From positions 1 through 53,888 of the forward strand of contig JAYENY010000001.1 of assembly GCA_034722415.1 (NCBI GenBank): 53,888 bases of DNA. The letters are read 5' to 3'. Origin of the DNA: Patescibacteria group bacterium. GTDB taxonomy: Bacteria; Patescibacteriota; Minisyncoccia; Minisyncoccales; PEYH01. This document shows, in pieces, positions 17,212-26,888 of the stretch. The position numbers were made by a program, and so were the translations under genes. A model generated the notes under the pieces. The model saw only the letters and a program-made list of their open reading frames with translations, had not been told where the DNA came from and ran no database searches. Each line of letters begins with the position of its first letter. Within the stretch, counting starts at the first letter, position 1.

Positions 17212-19209
17212 ATGCAAATTTCTATAAAAAAATTAGAAAAGATTTGTTTAAAAATTATCCACACTTCTTTTTACTTATTACTTCTGTCTCCGCTTCTAAT
17301 CATTCCTTCTCTCTTCTATCCATTCACTACAGCTAAATCTTTTTGCATGATGGCTCTTACAGAGCTTATTTTTTTTACTTGGTTACTTCTATCAATTTTT
17401 ATTCCGAAATATCGTCCTAAAAAAAATATTCTTCTAATCTCTTTTAGTATCTTTCTGTTAATATTAATATTAGCAACCATATTTGGAGTGGATCCATCGC
17501 GTAGCTTTTGGTCTAATTTTAGAAGGATGAATGGTCTTTTAATGTGGCTCCATTTATTCGCTCTCTTCATTTCTACAAGCTCTGTTTTAAATAAAAAAAA
17601 TATATTAAATTTTATATTTTTTTCAGTATTGGCTGCAACAATCGGATCGCTCTCTTTTTGGATGGACAAAATTGGAATGCCAAGCTTACCTAACTCTAAA
17701 ACTGGTTCTTTTATAGGGAATAGCTCCTTTTTAGCCTCTTATATATTATTTAATCTATATTTTGCTATATACGCTTTATTTTCTTTGAAAAAGAAGAAGG
17801 CTAAACTTCTATTCTTTAATAAATCACATGATCTTTATAATGCTTTTCTCACAATCGGAATACTAATCATGACCTTGGCTCTAATGTTTAGCGACGGCAG
17901 AGCAGCTATAATATCATTCTTTGGTGGCTTACTGTTGCTTTTCTTATTGTGGTGGGCTCTTCGAATAAAAAAGCGGAAACTAAGATTCTTAGGCAAAGTC
18001 ATGTTATCCATCTTCATAATATCCTTCCTAATAATTGTCTCTCTTCTCTTAACTCCTAATAGTAGAATCCAACAAAAATTTGGAGAAGTTGGAGGGAGAG
18101 CTCGTCCAATGATATGGGGAGAAGCATGGAATGCTTTTCTAGAAAGACCAATTCTTGGTTGGGGTCCAGAAACTTTTATTATATCTTCTAATAGATATTT
18201 CGACTCTTCTCTTTTTCTATTGGGAGAATATAACCATGATAGGGCGCACAACATCATCTTTGACAACCTTCTTGACGCAGGAATTTTAGGACTCATTAGC
18301 TATTTATCTATTTTCATTTCTGCATTCTACCTTCTCTGGAGATCATATTCTAAAAAAAGAATAAATTTTTGGGCAACGGCTATTCCAACGGTTCTTATTT
18401 TAGCGCATTTTACAAAAAATCTTAGCGTTTTTGATATGCCAAGCGGATACCTTATGTTAATTTTCCTTTTTCTTTTTATTTCATTAACAACATCGCAGGA
18501 GCCTAAAAACAACAAGGTAGTAATTAGAAATAAAAAAAATCATTTTATTTTCCCTGCCATTTTTTTACTTCTAATAATGTTCGTTTCCAGTTTATATTTT
18601 TTTATACAAAAACCAGCTTCGGCAAACATTGGGGCGGCAAAAGTGTTGCGCTCAAAAAAATATAACAAACAAGCATACAAGCAAGCTCTCAATTCTTCTT
18701 GGATAGGCAAATATCAAATTGGCGTTTGTATTGCTGATTCTATGGTTTCTATGGCTAAAGATAAAAGCCGTGAATTATCGCTTGAGGAAATTAGATTAAT
18801 TGAAAAAACGATGGAGCAAAATATAAGATCTTCTCGTCTTGATTATTATAGCCATCTTTTTTTGGGACAAATTTACAATATCCACGGATTTACTTTTGAA
18901 AAATCTAAATTTAATAATGCGGAAAAAATTCTAAGACAAGCGATTATATTATCTCCTACCCACCCGATTGCTTATTGGGAGTTGGCAAAAACAAAAATTT
19001 ATCTAGGTAAAAATAAAGAAGCTGTTATTTTAGCGAAAAAAGTAATTGATTTAGAACCTGAATTACTTAATGCCCATGTATTTTTAATTAATTTATATAG
19101 AAATATTAGTGAAGACAAGGCCGCAGAACAAGCAATAAAAAAAGCAATTAAAATCATTCCGGATATTGTGACTGAATTAGAAGATTTTATAAATATACAA
19201 GAACTTTAG
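17212..19209 (+). CDS. O-antigen-ligase (Wzy_C)-like polytopic membrane protein fused to C-terminal TPR repeats
   Basis: 665 aa with about 12 TM helices. Periplasmic loop with RAHNIIFDNLLDAGILGL. C-terminal TPR-like helices (AYWELAKTKIYLGKNKEA...). Confidence 0.7.
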   Translation: MQISIKKLEKICLKIIHTSFYLLLLSPLLIIPSLFYPFTTAKSFCMMALTELIFFTWLLLSIFIPKYRPKKNILLISFSIFLLILILATIFGVDPSRSFWSNFRRMNGLLMWLHLFALFISTSSVLNKKNILNFIFFSVLAATIGSLSFWMDKIGMPSLPNSKTGSFIGNSSFLASYILFNLYFAIYALFSLKKKKAKLLFFNKSHDLYNAFLTIGILIMTLALMFSDGRAAIISFFGGLLLLFLLWWALRIKKRKLRFLGKVMLSIFIISFLIIVSLLLTPNSRIQQKFGEVGGRARPMIWGEAWNAFLERPILGWGPETFIISSNRYFDSSLFLLGEYNHDRAHNIIFDNLLDAGILGLISYLSIFISAFYLLWRSYSKKRINFWATAIPTVLILAHFTKNLSVFDMPSGYLMLIFLFLFISLTTSQEPKNNKVVIRNKKNHFIFPAIFLLLIMFVSSLYFFIQKPASANIGAAKVLRSKKYNKQAYKQALNSSWIGKYQIGVCIADSMVSMAKDKSRELSLEEIRLIEKTMEQNIRSSRLDYYSHLFLGQIYNIHGFTFEKSKFNNAEKILRQAIILSPTHPIAYWELAKTKIYLGKNKEAVILAKKVIDLEPELLNAHVFLINLYRNISEDKAAEQAIKKAIKIIPDIVTELEDFINIQEL

Positions 19210-19235
19210 ATTCTTCGCAAAAGCTTAAATAAAAT

Positions 19236-19260
19236 CCCGCAAAAAAGCGGGTTTTTATTT
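19236..19260 (+). terminator. Rho-independent terminator
   Basis: cccgc-aaaaaa-gcggg followed by TTTTTATTT. Confidence 0.65.
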
Positions 19261-19266
19261 CTCGTG

Positions 19267-19348
19267 TGCCCCCGGCAGGAGTTGAACCTGCACCTCTTAC
19301 GAGATATGGTCCTAAACCATACGCGTCTGCCAATTCCGCCACAGGGGC
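19267..19348 (-). tRNA. tRNA-Leu(UAG)
   Basis: Acceptor GCCCCTG/CGGGGGC, anticodon stem TATGG/CCATA with loop TTTAGGA, long variable arm. Confidence 0.85.
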
Positions 19349-19435
19349 ATAATATATAAGGTTAACAAAAAAAATCGTCGCCTTCAAGAGATCTCAAAGG
19401 CGAAGATTTAAAACTTTTCCTTAAATTCGACTGGC

Positions 19436-19789
19436 TTACTTCTTTAAAATCATCAGAACTATAGCCACTAATCCTCTGGCTAGAACTGCTACAGCTAAAC
19501 CAATCAACGCATACATTAACAAATTCCTTGCTGTAGCGATTGTATCTGGTTTCCCTCCACCAGTAACAAACATATACCCAGAAACAATAATCATTAAAGA
19601 AACAACTACTATCAAGAAGCCAAAAAGCCAATTAATTGCTTTTGGAAGTATTGCCATAGCCTCGCTGGCCTTATAGTCTACTGGTTCTTTTGAGTCAACA
19701 GTCCAATCAGCTAACGCTGGCACAACAGGGGCAACGGAAAGCCCAACGATAAAAACTAATCCTAATACTCCAATTAATTTCTTACTCAT
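19436..19789 (-). CDS. Small two-TM TrbC/VirB2-like 'T4SS pilin'-type protein
   Basis: 117 aa. Signal peptide, then INWLFGFLIVVVSLMIIVSGYMFVTGGGKPDTIATARNLLMYALIGLAVAVLARGLV: two hydrophobic helices around a GGG(K/D)P turn. Confidence 0.7.
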   Translation of the reverse strand: MSKKLIGVLGLVFIVGLSVAPVVPALADWTVDSKEPVDYKASEAMAILPKAINWLFGFLIVVVSLMIIVSGYMFVTGGGKPDTIATARNLLMYALIGLAVAVLARGLVAIVLMILKK

Positions 19790-19860
19790 TTTTTTATCTT
19801 TTTATTATCTTTTTATTATCTTTCTAAGACCGACCTTTGATTATTTTTTTGATTATCTTA

Positions 19861-19889
19861 ATTCTATAAAACTTAATAGGAAATAGCAA
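19861..19889 (-). promoter_or_regulatory. Promoter candidate for 19436..19789
   Basis: Minus strand reads TTGCTA (rc 19884-89), a 17-nt spacer, then TAGAAT (rc 19861-66). Confidence 0.4.
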
Positions 19890-20007
19890 ATAAGATATCC
19901 ACAGGCAATTATGAGAGAATGCTTGCGCCTAGAATACCGTAGATTGATTTCAATATCTTACAATTCTCCTCTTTTATGATTTATTATTAAATATTCCCTA
20001 ATCAAAG

Positions 20008-20583
20008 CTATGGTTCAATAATCATCAAAACGACAGCAACCAATCCTCGACTTACTACAGCTATAGCCAATCCGACTAAGGAATAGACTAGCCAACGCCT
20101 TGCTTTAGTAATTCCTTCTGGATTCCCAATTGAAATCATGAAAAGATATCCCGAAAGTATAAGAGTTCCAGTAACTACAACTATTAGAAAACCAAAAATC
20201 CAATCAATAACATTAGGAATCACCATCAATGGATCTGAATTCGCAGGGAAGACGGTCCGCAAGATAGAGACTATTCCCTTAGATATGGCGACAATAGTTA
20301 CTCCAATCAATGCATATGTAATAACCTTTCTTCCTGTGGCTGCTTTTTGAGGATCTCCACCAGAAAGGATAAGATAATAAGCTCCAATTATTATCATTAG
20401 AACAGCCACTATTATAGATATGGGGAAAAGCCAACTTAAAACCCGAGTAAACATTTCATCGAATGTGCTCGAAGCTGATGTTCCTGTCCCCATGGGATTA
20501 AAAAAACTAGCACTACTTGTTGCGATAACGGATGAAGCACTGAGTAATAAAAATATAATTAATAGAAAAATCTTTTTATACAT
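20008..20583 (-). CDS. Tandem-duplicated two-TM pilin-like protein (two TrbC/VirB2-like modules)
   Basis: 191 aa. Module 1 is LSWLFPISIIVAVLMIIIGAYYLILSGGDPQKAATGRKVITYALIGV.... Module 2 is IDWIFGFLIVVVTGTLILSGYLFMISIGNPEGITKARRWLVYSLVGL..., which is very similar to 19436..19789. Confidence 0.7.
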   Translation of the reverse strand: MYKKIFLLIIFLLLSASSVIATSSASFFNPMGTGTSASSTFDEMFTRVLSWLFPISIIVAVLMIIIGAYYLILSGGDPQKAATGRKVITYALIGVTIVAISKGIVSILRTVFPANSDPLMVIPNVIDWIFGFLIVVVTGTLILSGYLFMISIGNPEGITKARRWLVYSLVGLAIAVVSRGLVAVVLMIIEP

Positions 20584-20587
20584 ATAT

Positions 20588-20935
20588 TCAAGAAAAACTT
20601 AAGTCACCCATAAAAAAATAAGTTAAGCTTTTTATTATTAATATTATACCAAAAATTACTGCTGTATATAAGATAATTTTTTTACCCAATATAACATTTG
20701 AAGGATTAGCTCCAGCAAATAACATCGTAAAACCACCCCAAATAATACAAAGCGGTCCAACGATTATTGACATCCAAAAAATAACTCCAACCGCCCTATC
20801 GAATAGTTCCCCAAAAGTAGTAGAAACAATAGGATTTATGTCTTGGGCGCTAGAAAGAATCGGACATAAAAAACTTAAACAAACCAAGAAAAAAAGTATT
20901 TTATAAAATAATATTTTTTTATTCATAAATAACAA
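20588..20935 (-). CDS. Small two-TM pilin-like protein (same family)
   Basis: 115 aa. Signal peptide, then VIFWMSIIVGPLCIIWGGFTMLFAGANPSNVILGKKIILYTAVIFGIILI. Confidence 0.65.
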   Translation of the reverse strand: MLFMNKKILFYKILFFLVCLSFLCPILSSAQDINPIVSTTFGELFDRAVGVIFWMSIIVGPLCIIWGGFTMLFAGANPSNVILGKKIILYTAVIFGIILIIKSLTYFFMGDLSFS

Positions 20936-20951
20936 ATATATAATTCTATAT

Positions 20952-21722
20952 TTATTTCTTCCCTAAAAATATCCAAACTAATTCAATTATTCCTCTCGAA
21001 ACAGCTATCATGGCAAACGCAGCTAATGTCCAAAGTATTATTTGCTTACCCTTGTCTATCTTAGTTGGAACGCCTCCTGAAGTAACCATTGTATAGCTAC
21101 CAATAATAATCATTAAAACTGCAAGATATATAGATGATGTAAATAAAAATATGATTACTCTACGAAGAAACTCAAGGATATTATTATCTAAAAGAGGGTT
21201 GTCATAGCTAGTGGCTATACTGGAGGTTAAGGACTCTATTTGGCAATTACTGTCACACCCATCTCCATTATCCGTGTTTCCATCATCGCACTGCTCTACT
21301 GGCGCCTCCAAAATTCCATTTCCACAAACATTGGGAATAGCGGCTGATACAGTTACTAAAGTCGTTACCGTATCGCATACTCTCGGTGCTCCTATAGTCT
21401 CCTCAATGCAAACCTCAACTGTAATTGTGCGAGCTCCTTCGCTAGCATATGTATGTATAAAAGAAAAATGAAATGTCCCACCAGGATTTGTAAAATCGTT
21501 GGCATTAGAACTCCCTCCGTCTCCAAAACTTATATCAACCCAAGCATAAGGACTCCCAGTAGATGGACCTGCTCCTGTTACAGTGATAGTAGCAGAAGCT
21601 CCAACTGTCGGCGAAGTAGGCGAAACCTCAACTAAAATTCCAAACTGGGCATAAATTGGGACTATTGCCGAAAAAACTAAAAATAAGACAAGCAAAAATA
21701 GAAACTTTTTTCTCATAGCCAT
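20952..21722 (-). CDS. Secreted PKD-like + Cys-rich-repeat protein with a C-terminal two-TM pilin-like module
   Basis: The start is probably MAMRKKFLF (21722) rather than 21776. PKD-like WVDISFGDGG...HTYASEGARTITVEV. CGNGILEAPVEQCDDGNTDNGDGCDSNCQIE resembles the Myxococcus-type cysteine-rich repeat. The C-terminal IIFLFTSSIYLAVLMIIIGSYTMVTSGGVPTKIDKGKQIILWTLAAFAMIAV matches the neighbouring small proteins. Confidence 0.7.
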   Translation of the reverse strand: MAMRKKFLFLLVLFLVFSAIVPIYAQFGILVEVSPTSPTVGASATITVTGAGPSTGSPYAWVDISFGDGGSSNANDFTNPGGTFHFSFIHTYASEGARTITVEVCIEETIGAPRVCDTVTTLVTVSAAIPNVCGNGILEAPVEQCDDGNTDNGDGCDSNCQIESLTSSIATSYDNPLLDNNILEFLRRVIIFLFTSSIYLAVLMIIIGSYTMVTSGGVPTKIDKGKQIILWTLAAFAMIAVSRGIIELVWIFLGKK

Positions 21723-21732
21723 TTGCTGTTTA

Positions 21733-22257
21733 TTATTTTTCAAAAATCGCGGACCAGTGATAGGTATCGGCCTCAAGTTTTTTAACTAATTTCATATCTA
21801 AATTGAGCCGCATTAATTTCTCAATTTCGTCTAAGGATACTCTTCCCTCCTCGGGTCCAAATGGTGAATCTACTTTCCAGTCAACAACTATTATTTTCCC
21901 ATTTACGTTAAGAATTCTTTTCGCTTCCCTAAGTATTTCTTCTCTTTTGGTTGATTGAAATAAAATATTAGTTACCAAAACTAAGTCTAACACACCATCC
22001 CTAAGGGTAGATCCTTTTGGTTCCTCTAAGTCACATTGAATTGTTTTTATATTAGACAACCCCTCTACTTTAGCTTTGCCAAGTAGTGCTGAAAGAGGCT
22101 CTTCTTGAATATCTAAGGCATAAACCATGCCTTTGGGTAAAACTCGTGCCAATTCAATTGTAAATCCGCCTTGTCCACATCCAAACTCAGCAGCATTCCA
22201 ATCCTGCTTTATTCCAAGTTGCTCAATAATTTTTTCTGGATCAAGAAAAGTCACCAT
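21733..22257 (-). CDS. Class I SAM-dependent methyltransferase
   Basis: 174 aa. Motif [16 protein letters not shown] and an acidic loop ALDI. Confidence 0.75.
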   Translation of the reverse strand: MVTFLDPEKIIEQLGIKQDWNAAEFGCGQGGFTIELARVLPKGMVYALDIQEEPLSALLGKAKVEGLSNIKTIQCDLEEPKGSTLRDGVLDLVLVTNILFQSTKREEILREAKRILNVNGKIIVVDWKVDSPFGPEEGRVSLDEIEKLMRLNLDMKLVKKLEADTYHWSAIFEK

Positions 22258-24721
22258 TTTTTAAACTAATTAAAGAAATTATTTTATCGTCATTACTTAA
22301 TTTCATTGTTCTCACACCTTGAGTTGCTCTGCTAAGAACAGAAATATTTTTAGCTGAAACTCTAATAACCTGCCCTCGTTGAGAAATAATAATTAACTCT
22401 TCGTCGCCTTTTAATATTTTTACTCTTGCGAGATCTCCAGTTTTTTTCGTAAGCTTACAGGTTTTAATTCCACTACCACCTCGGCTTTGTAAGCGATAAT
22501 TAGTTAATTTAGTCCTCTTGCCATAACCTCCTTCAGTTAATACTAAAAGATAATCTTTAGTTTGTTCTTTTTCTATAATCTCCATACCTATTAATTCGTC
22601 ATCTTTTTTTAACCGTACTCCCTTATTCCCAGCTGCGTTTCTTTGCATTGGTCGAATTTCTTTTTCTTTAGTTCTAATTGATTGTCCTGCTTTAGTAACT
22701 AAAATTATTTCAGCTTTTCCAGTAGTTTTTTTAACTGATCGCAGAACATCTCCCTTTTTTAACCTTATAGCAATTAATCCAGAATTCCTTATATTCCTAA
22801 AATCTTCTAAAGCACTTTTTTTAATAGTACCATTCTTAGTGGCCATTACTAAATATTTTATCTGTGCTTTTATATCTTTTTTGCCTAGAGGCAAGACAGC
22901 CAAAACCTTATCTTCTTGGTTAATTTCTAAAAAGTTAACAAGCGCTCTGCCTTTTGACGTTCTGGTTCCTGCTGGCAATTCATAAGTGGGCAAAGCAAAA
23001 ACCTTGCCTGAATCAGTAAAGAAAAGCAATTTATCCAAAGTACTCGCTAAAACAAAATGTTCTACAAAATCATCATCTTGAGTCTTTGTACCAATAATTC
23101 CCTTCCCTCCTCTCTTCTGGGTTTTGTAAGTAGATGGACTAATTCTTTTAATATATCCTTTTTGAGTTAATGTAATCAAAACCTCTTCTTCGGCAACTAA
23201 ATCTTCTTCTGAGATTTGCTCTACTTTCTTAACAAAAACCTTTGTTCTTCTCGCATCTCCAAAACTATCTCTCATTTCTTTTAACTCTTTTTTAACTACT
23301 TTTTTTATCTTAGCTGGACTTCCTATAATAGACATTAACTCTTTGATTTTCTCTCTAACTTCTTTTAATTCATCTTTTATTCTCTGTATTTCTAAACGCG
23401 CTAAAGCAGAAAGTTTTGTTTCCAAAATTGCCTCTGCCTGAATATCTGTTAATTTGAATTTCTTTTTTAAATTTACTCTTGCATCATCTCGATTTTTAGA
23501 TTGTTTAATAATTGCTATTACTTGATCAATTTTAGCAAGACATTTAGCTAATCCTTCCAGAATATGCTCTCTATCTTTAGCCTTTTTTAGCTCATATTTA
23601 CTCCTTCTTAAAACAACCTCTTTGCGATGCTCTAAATAGTAATTCAATACTTCTGGTAAAGATAAAATCTTAGGTTGTATTCCATCAACTAGAGCAAGCA
23701 TATTTAGGTGGAATTTTTTTTGTAAATCAGTAGATTTGTATAAACGATTCAATATCTTTTGAGGAAAGGCTCCTTTTTTAAGATCTAAAACAATTCTTAT
23801 CCCTTCCCTCCCGGATTCATCTCTAGCGTCTTTTATTCCTTTTATTTTCTTTTCTTGAATTAACTTAGCAATTTGAGTAACTAGTGTAGCCTTGTTAACT
23901 TGGTAGGGGATCTCGGTAATAAGAATACTCCATAGATCTCCTTTTTTCTCAACAACATCTGCTTTGCCACGAATTAAAATCGGTCCCTTGCCTTGAGAAT
24001 AGGCAGAGACTATTTCTTTTTGGTTATAGATAATTCCTGCGGTAGGAAAATCTGGGCCTTTAATAAACTGAAATAAATCTTCTGTGGTAGCTTTAGGTTT
24101 GTCGATAAGATATATAGCGGCATCACAAACCTCTGTAAGATTGTGAGGAGGGATACTTGTGGCCATACCAACAGCGATTCCCAATGTTCCATTTAATAAA
24201 AGCTGTGGCAATGGTGATGGCAAAACATTTGGCTCCTTCCTAGTAGTGTCATAATTATCTACAAAATCAACCGTATCTTTATTAATGTCTGTAAGCATTG
24301 CTTGCCCTAGTTTGGATAATTTTGCCTCTGAATACCTCATTGCAGATGCAGGATCTCCGTCTAGGCTTCCAAAATTTCCCTGTCCTTGAATTAGAGGATA
24401 CCTCAATGAAAAATCTTGAGCCATTCTGACTAAAGAATCATAAACCGCCACATCTCCGTGTGGATGATAGCGTCCTAACACGCTTCCTACTACAGTTGCT
24501 GATTTTCTAAATTTACTATTATAATATAATCCATCTTCGCCCATAGCATATAGAATACGCCTATGTACTGGTTTCAATCCATCACGAACATCAGGTAATG
24601 CGCGAGAAACTATTACTGACATTGCATAGTCAATATAGCTCTCTTTCATCTCTTCGCTGATTCCTTTCAGTTTAACATGGCCGATATTATTGTTTTGTTC
24701 GCTCTCTTTATTTTTCTTCAT
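22241..24721 (-). CDS. gyrA: DNA gyrase subunit A
   Basis: 826 aa. [26 protein letters not shown], an active-site Tyr region (AMRYSEAKL) and C-terminal beta-pinwheel repeats. Confidence 0.95.
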   Translation of the reverse strand: MKKNKESEQNNNIGHVKLKGISEEMKESYIDYAMSVIVSRALPDVRDGLKPVHRRILYAMGEDGLYYNSKFRKSATVVGSVLGRYHPHGDVAVYDSLVRMAQDFSLRYPLIQGQGNFGSLDGDPASAMRYSEAKLSKLGQAMLTDINKDTVDFVDNYDTTRKEPNVLPSPLPQLLLNGTLGIAVGMATSIPPHNLTEVCDAAIYLIDKPKATTEDLFQFIKGPDFPTAGIIYNQKEIVSAYSQGKGPILIRGKADVVEKKGDLWSILITEIPYQVNKATLVTQIAKLIQEKKIKGIKDARDESGREGIRIVLDLKKGAFPQKILNRLYKSTDLQKKFHLNMLALVDGIQPKILSLPEVLNYYLEHRKEVVLRRSKYELKKAKDREHILEGLAKCLAKIDQVIAIIKQSKNRDDARVNLKKKFKLTDIQAEAILETKLSALARLEIQRIKDELKEVREKIKELMSIIGSPAKIKKVVKKELKEMRDSFGDARRTKVFVKKVEQISEEDLVAEEEVLITLTQKGYIKRISPSTYKTQKRGGKGIIGTKTQDDDFVEHFVLASTLDKLLFFTDSGKVFALPTYELPAGTRTSKGRALVNFLEINQEDKVLAVLPLGKKDIKAQIKYLVMATKNGTIKKSALEDFRNIRNSGLIAIRLKKGDVLRSVKKTTGKAEIILVTKAGQSIRTKEKEIRPMQRNAAGNKGVRLKKDDELIGMEIIEKEQTKDYLLVLTEGGYGKRTKLTNYRLQSRGGSGIKTCKLTKKTGDLARVKILKGDEELIIISQRGQVIRVSAKNISVLSRATQGVRTMKLSNDDKIISLISLKNGDFS

Positions 24722-24748
24722 TAATTTTGTTATAAATTAAATCTCTTC

Positions 24749-24988
24749 TTATTGGTTTATCTGCTCTTCCCAATCATCATCAAGAGAAGGAAAAGAGAAA
24801 TCTTCTTTTTCAAAAGATGGAAAATTAATATCTTGTTTAAAATCGCTCCCTGGAAAATTATTTAACCGCTTCGTTGTAATAAAAAGAAAAAAGAATAGAA
24901 AAATTAACCCTATAACAATCATTACTATCCAAAAAATAATCTTTCTTTGTGCTAAAGGTAATTTTTGTATTTTTTTTAAAAAATCCAT
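24749..24988 (-). CDS. Small single-pass membrane protein, unknown function
   Basis: 79 aa with a TM (IIFWIVMIVIGLIFLFFFLFI) and an acidic tail. Packed tightly between conserved genes. Confidence 0.45.
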   Translation of the reverse strand: MDFLKKIQKLPLAQRKIIFWIVMIVIGLIFLFFFLFITTKRLNNFPGSDFKQDINFPSFEKEDFSFPSLDDDWEEQINQ

Positions 24989-24991
24989 TCT

Positions 24992-25642
24992 TTATGCTTT
25001 TAGAACTACAATCTTTGTTTCAGTTGGCAATCCCTGTTTCTTGATTTTCAAACTTGCTTGCGGTTCAATGCCCTCTTGCCCCATAGTCTTTAAAAAGACA
25101 TCTACTCCCTCAAAATCTGTCTTTAGCTTAGGCAGTTTATAGCACATTGGAATAATTATTTTCGGTTCAATTTGATTAACTATTTTTTGAGCTGTTCTAC
25201 TGTCCATAACCTCTTCGCCCCCTACTGGAACCATCAATATATCAACTTGCCCAATGATTTCTAGTTGTTTTGAATCTAATTCTTTTTGATTCAAATCACT
25301 TAAATGACATAACCTCATTCCCTCTGCCTCAATATTATAAATAGTAGTTTGTTTAGATTTTTTTCCCAAGGAAGAATCGTACAAACTAGAAATTCCTTGA
25401 ATAAAAACACCTCCTATCTCGTATTCTCCTGGTCCGTCTATTAAAAAAGGCGCGCCCTTAATTGTTTTAAAATCTTTCTGACTTTTCCCATTGTGCGAGG
25501 TTAATAAAATATTTGCTGTTAGAGACGGTAATTTTAACCCAATAGTTTCCGAGAATGGATCAATAAAAACTATTTTTTTCTCTGCTTGGTTTGAGGGAAT
25601 TCGTATTTCGAAACAAGATTGTCCATGCCAAAAAATATCCAT
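24992..25642 (-). CDS. Metallo-beta-lactamase-fold hydrolase (UPF0173-like)
   Basis: 216 aa. MDIFWHGQSCFEI N-terminus typical of the family. I did not see the canonical HxHxDH motif in it. Confidence 0.65.
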   Translation of the reverse strand: MDIFWHGQSCFEIRIPSNQAEKKIVFIDPFSETIGLKLPSLTANILLTSHNGKSQKDFKTIKGAPFLIDGPGEYEIGGVFIQGISSLYDSSLGKKSKQTTIYNIEAEGMRLCHLSDLNQKELDSKQLEIIGQVDILMVPVGGEEVMDSRTAQKIVNQIEPKIIIPMCYKLPKLKTDFEGVDVFLKTMGQEGIEPQASLKIKKQGLPTETKIVVLKA

Positions 25643-25672
25643 AAAACATTAATTAGTTTATACTATGGTTGA

Positions 25673-25701
25673 TAGTATCATTTATTTTAATTTGATTCAA
25701 C
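25673..25701 (-). promoter_or_regulatory. Promoter candidate for the MBL-gyrA-methyltransferase-pilin-like operon
   Basis: Minus strand reads TTGAAT (rc 25696-701), a 17-nt spacer, then TACTAT (rc 25673-78). Confidence 0.3.
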
Positions 25702-25760
25702 TTATAAAACACTGCTAAAGATACTTGCTAAACGCAATATTTTATGCTACCTTTATTGAT

Positions 25761-26861
25761 ATGAAAATAGATACAAAAACAAAAATTGATTTACAAGATC
25801 TAATTACTCCGCCCAAAAAGGGCCAAACAGTAGAAGGTAAAATTATCGGAACTAATCGTTTCGCTGTTTATATCGATTTAGGCGTAATAGGCACTGGAAT
25901 TATCTACGGAAAAGAATATTACTCAGCTAGAGACATCTTAAAAAGGCTAAAACCAGAAGAAAGCATTAAGGCCAAGGTTGTTACCGTAGATAACGAAGAT
26001 GGATATTTAGAATTGTCTCTACAAGAAGCTCAAAAAGAAATAAGTTGGGAAAACTTAAAAGAAACAGAAAAAAACTCAGAAAACGTAACAGTAAGCATTG
26101 CTGGAGCAAATAAAGGTGGATTATTGGCTGAGCTTGAAGGAATTAGAGGATTTTTACCTCTATCTCAACTTTCTATAGAACATTATCCTAGAGTTAAAGA
26201 CGGCAATTCAACAGAAATATTGAAACATTTACAGCAATTAATAGGACAAGAGTTACAAGTTAAAATTATTGATATATCTCCTCAAGAAAACAAATTAATA
26301 TTTTCTGAAAAAGCAGTTACTTCTCAAGAAATTAATCAACTTCTAGATAGTTATAAGCCGGGAGATATAGTAGAAGGAAAAATTACAGGATTAGCTGATT
26401 TTGGAGCTTTTATTAAATTTCCTACTCAAAAAGACTCAAAAACAGATAATGAATTGCTGCAAGCCGAGGGACTTATCCATATCTCAGAACTAGATTGGCA
26501 ATTAATTGATAATATTTCTGAAATAGTTAAGGTAGGCGATGTGGTTAAAGCAAAAATTACTGATGTCTCTAAAGATGGAAAGGTTTCCTTATCCCTAAAA
26601 GCGCTTAAAAAAGATCCATGGAAGGGAATAAGTGATAAATTTAAAAAAGGAGACATTGTAGAGGGCTTAGTGGTTAAAAAAAATAAACTCGGAGCTTTCG
26701 TAGAGATCGCTCCTAAAATACGTGGCTTAGCTCATCTCTCAGAGCTAAACTCTCAAGAAACCGATGAAAAAACTCTTGTCGAGGGTAAAAAATACAAATT
26801 TGAAATTGTAGTCCTTGATGAAGAGACCCATAGAATGGGATTAAGACCTCAGGACTTATAA
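25761..26861 (+). CDS. rpsA: S1 RNA-binding-domain protein (ribosomal protein S1-like, four S1 repeats)
   Basis: Repeated S1 motifs (GKIIGTNRFAVYIDLG, GKITGLADFGAFIKF, GLVVKKNKLGAFVEI). I prefer the ATG at 25761 over the TTG at 25725. Confidence 0.8.
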   Translation: MKIDTKTKIDLQDLITPPKKGQTVEGKIIGTNRFAVYIDLGVIGTGIIYGKEYYSARDILKRLKPEESIKAKVVTVDNEDGYLELSLQEAQKEISWENLKETEKNSENVTVSIAGANKGGLLAELEGIRGFLPLSQLSIEHYPRVKDGNSTEILKHLQQLIGQELQVKIIDISPQENKLIFSEKAVTSQEINQLLDSYKPGDIVEGKITGLADFGAFIKFPTQKDSKTDNELLQAEGLIHISELDWQLIDNISEIVKVGDVVKAKITDVSKDGKVSLSLKALKKDPWKGISDKFKKGDIVEGLVVKKNKLGAFVEIAPKIRGLAHLSELNSQETDEKTLVEGKKYKFEIVVLDEETHRMGLRPQDL

Positions 26862-26888
26862 TATAATACGAAAAATTTAATACAAAAT

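Noticed and set aside
19187-19387. 66-aa ORF on the minus strand
   Set aside because: It is built from the tRNA-Leu(UAG) sequence and a terminator. It is an artefact.
19362-19631. 89-aa ORF overlapping 19436..19789 in another frame
   Set aside because: The 117-aa frame gives the signal peptide plus the two-TM module shared with three neighbouring paralogs. This frame gives no recognisable features.
19794-19823. Tandem 11-mer (ttattatcttt x2 plus a partial copy) in the 5' UTR of the 117-aa pilin-like gene
   Set aside because: It is a short, low-complexity A/T repeat. It could be an A-rich translation enhancer, but the sequence gives nothing to support that.
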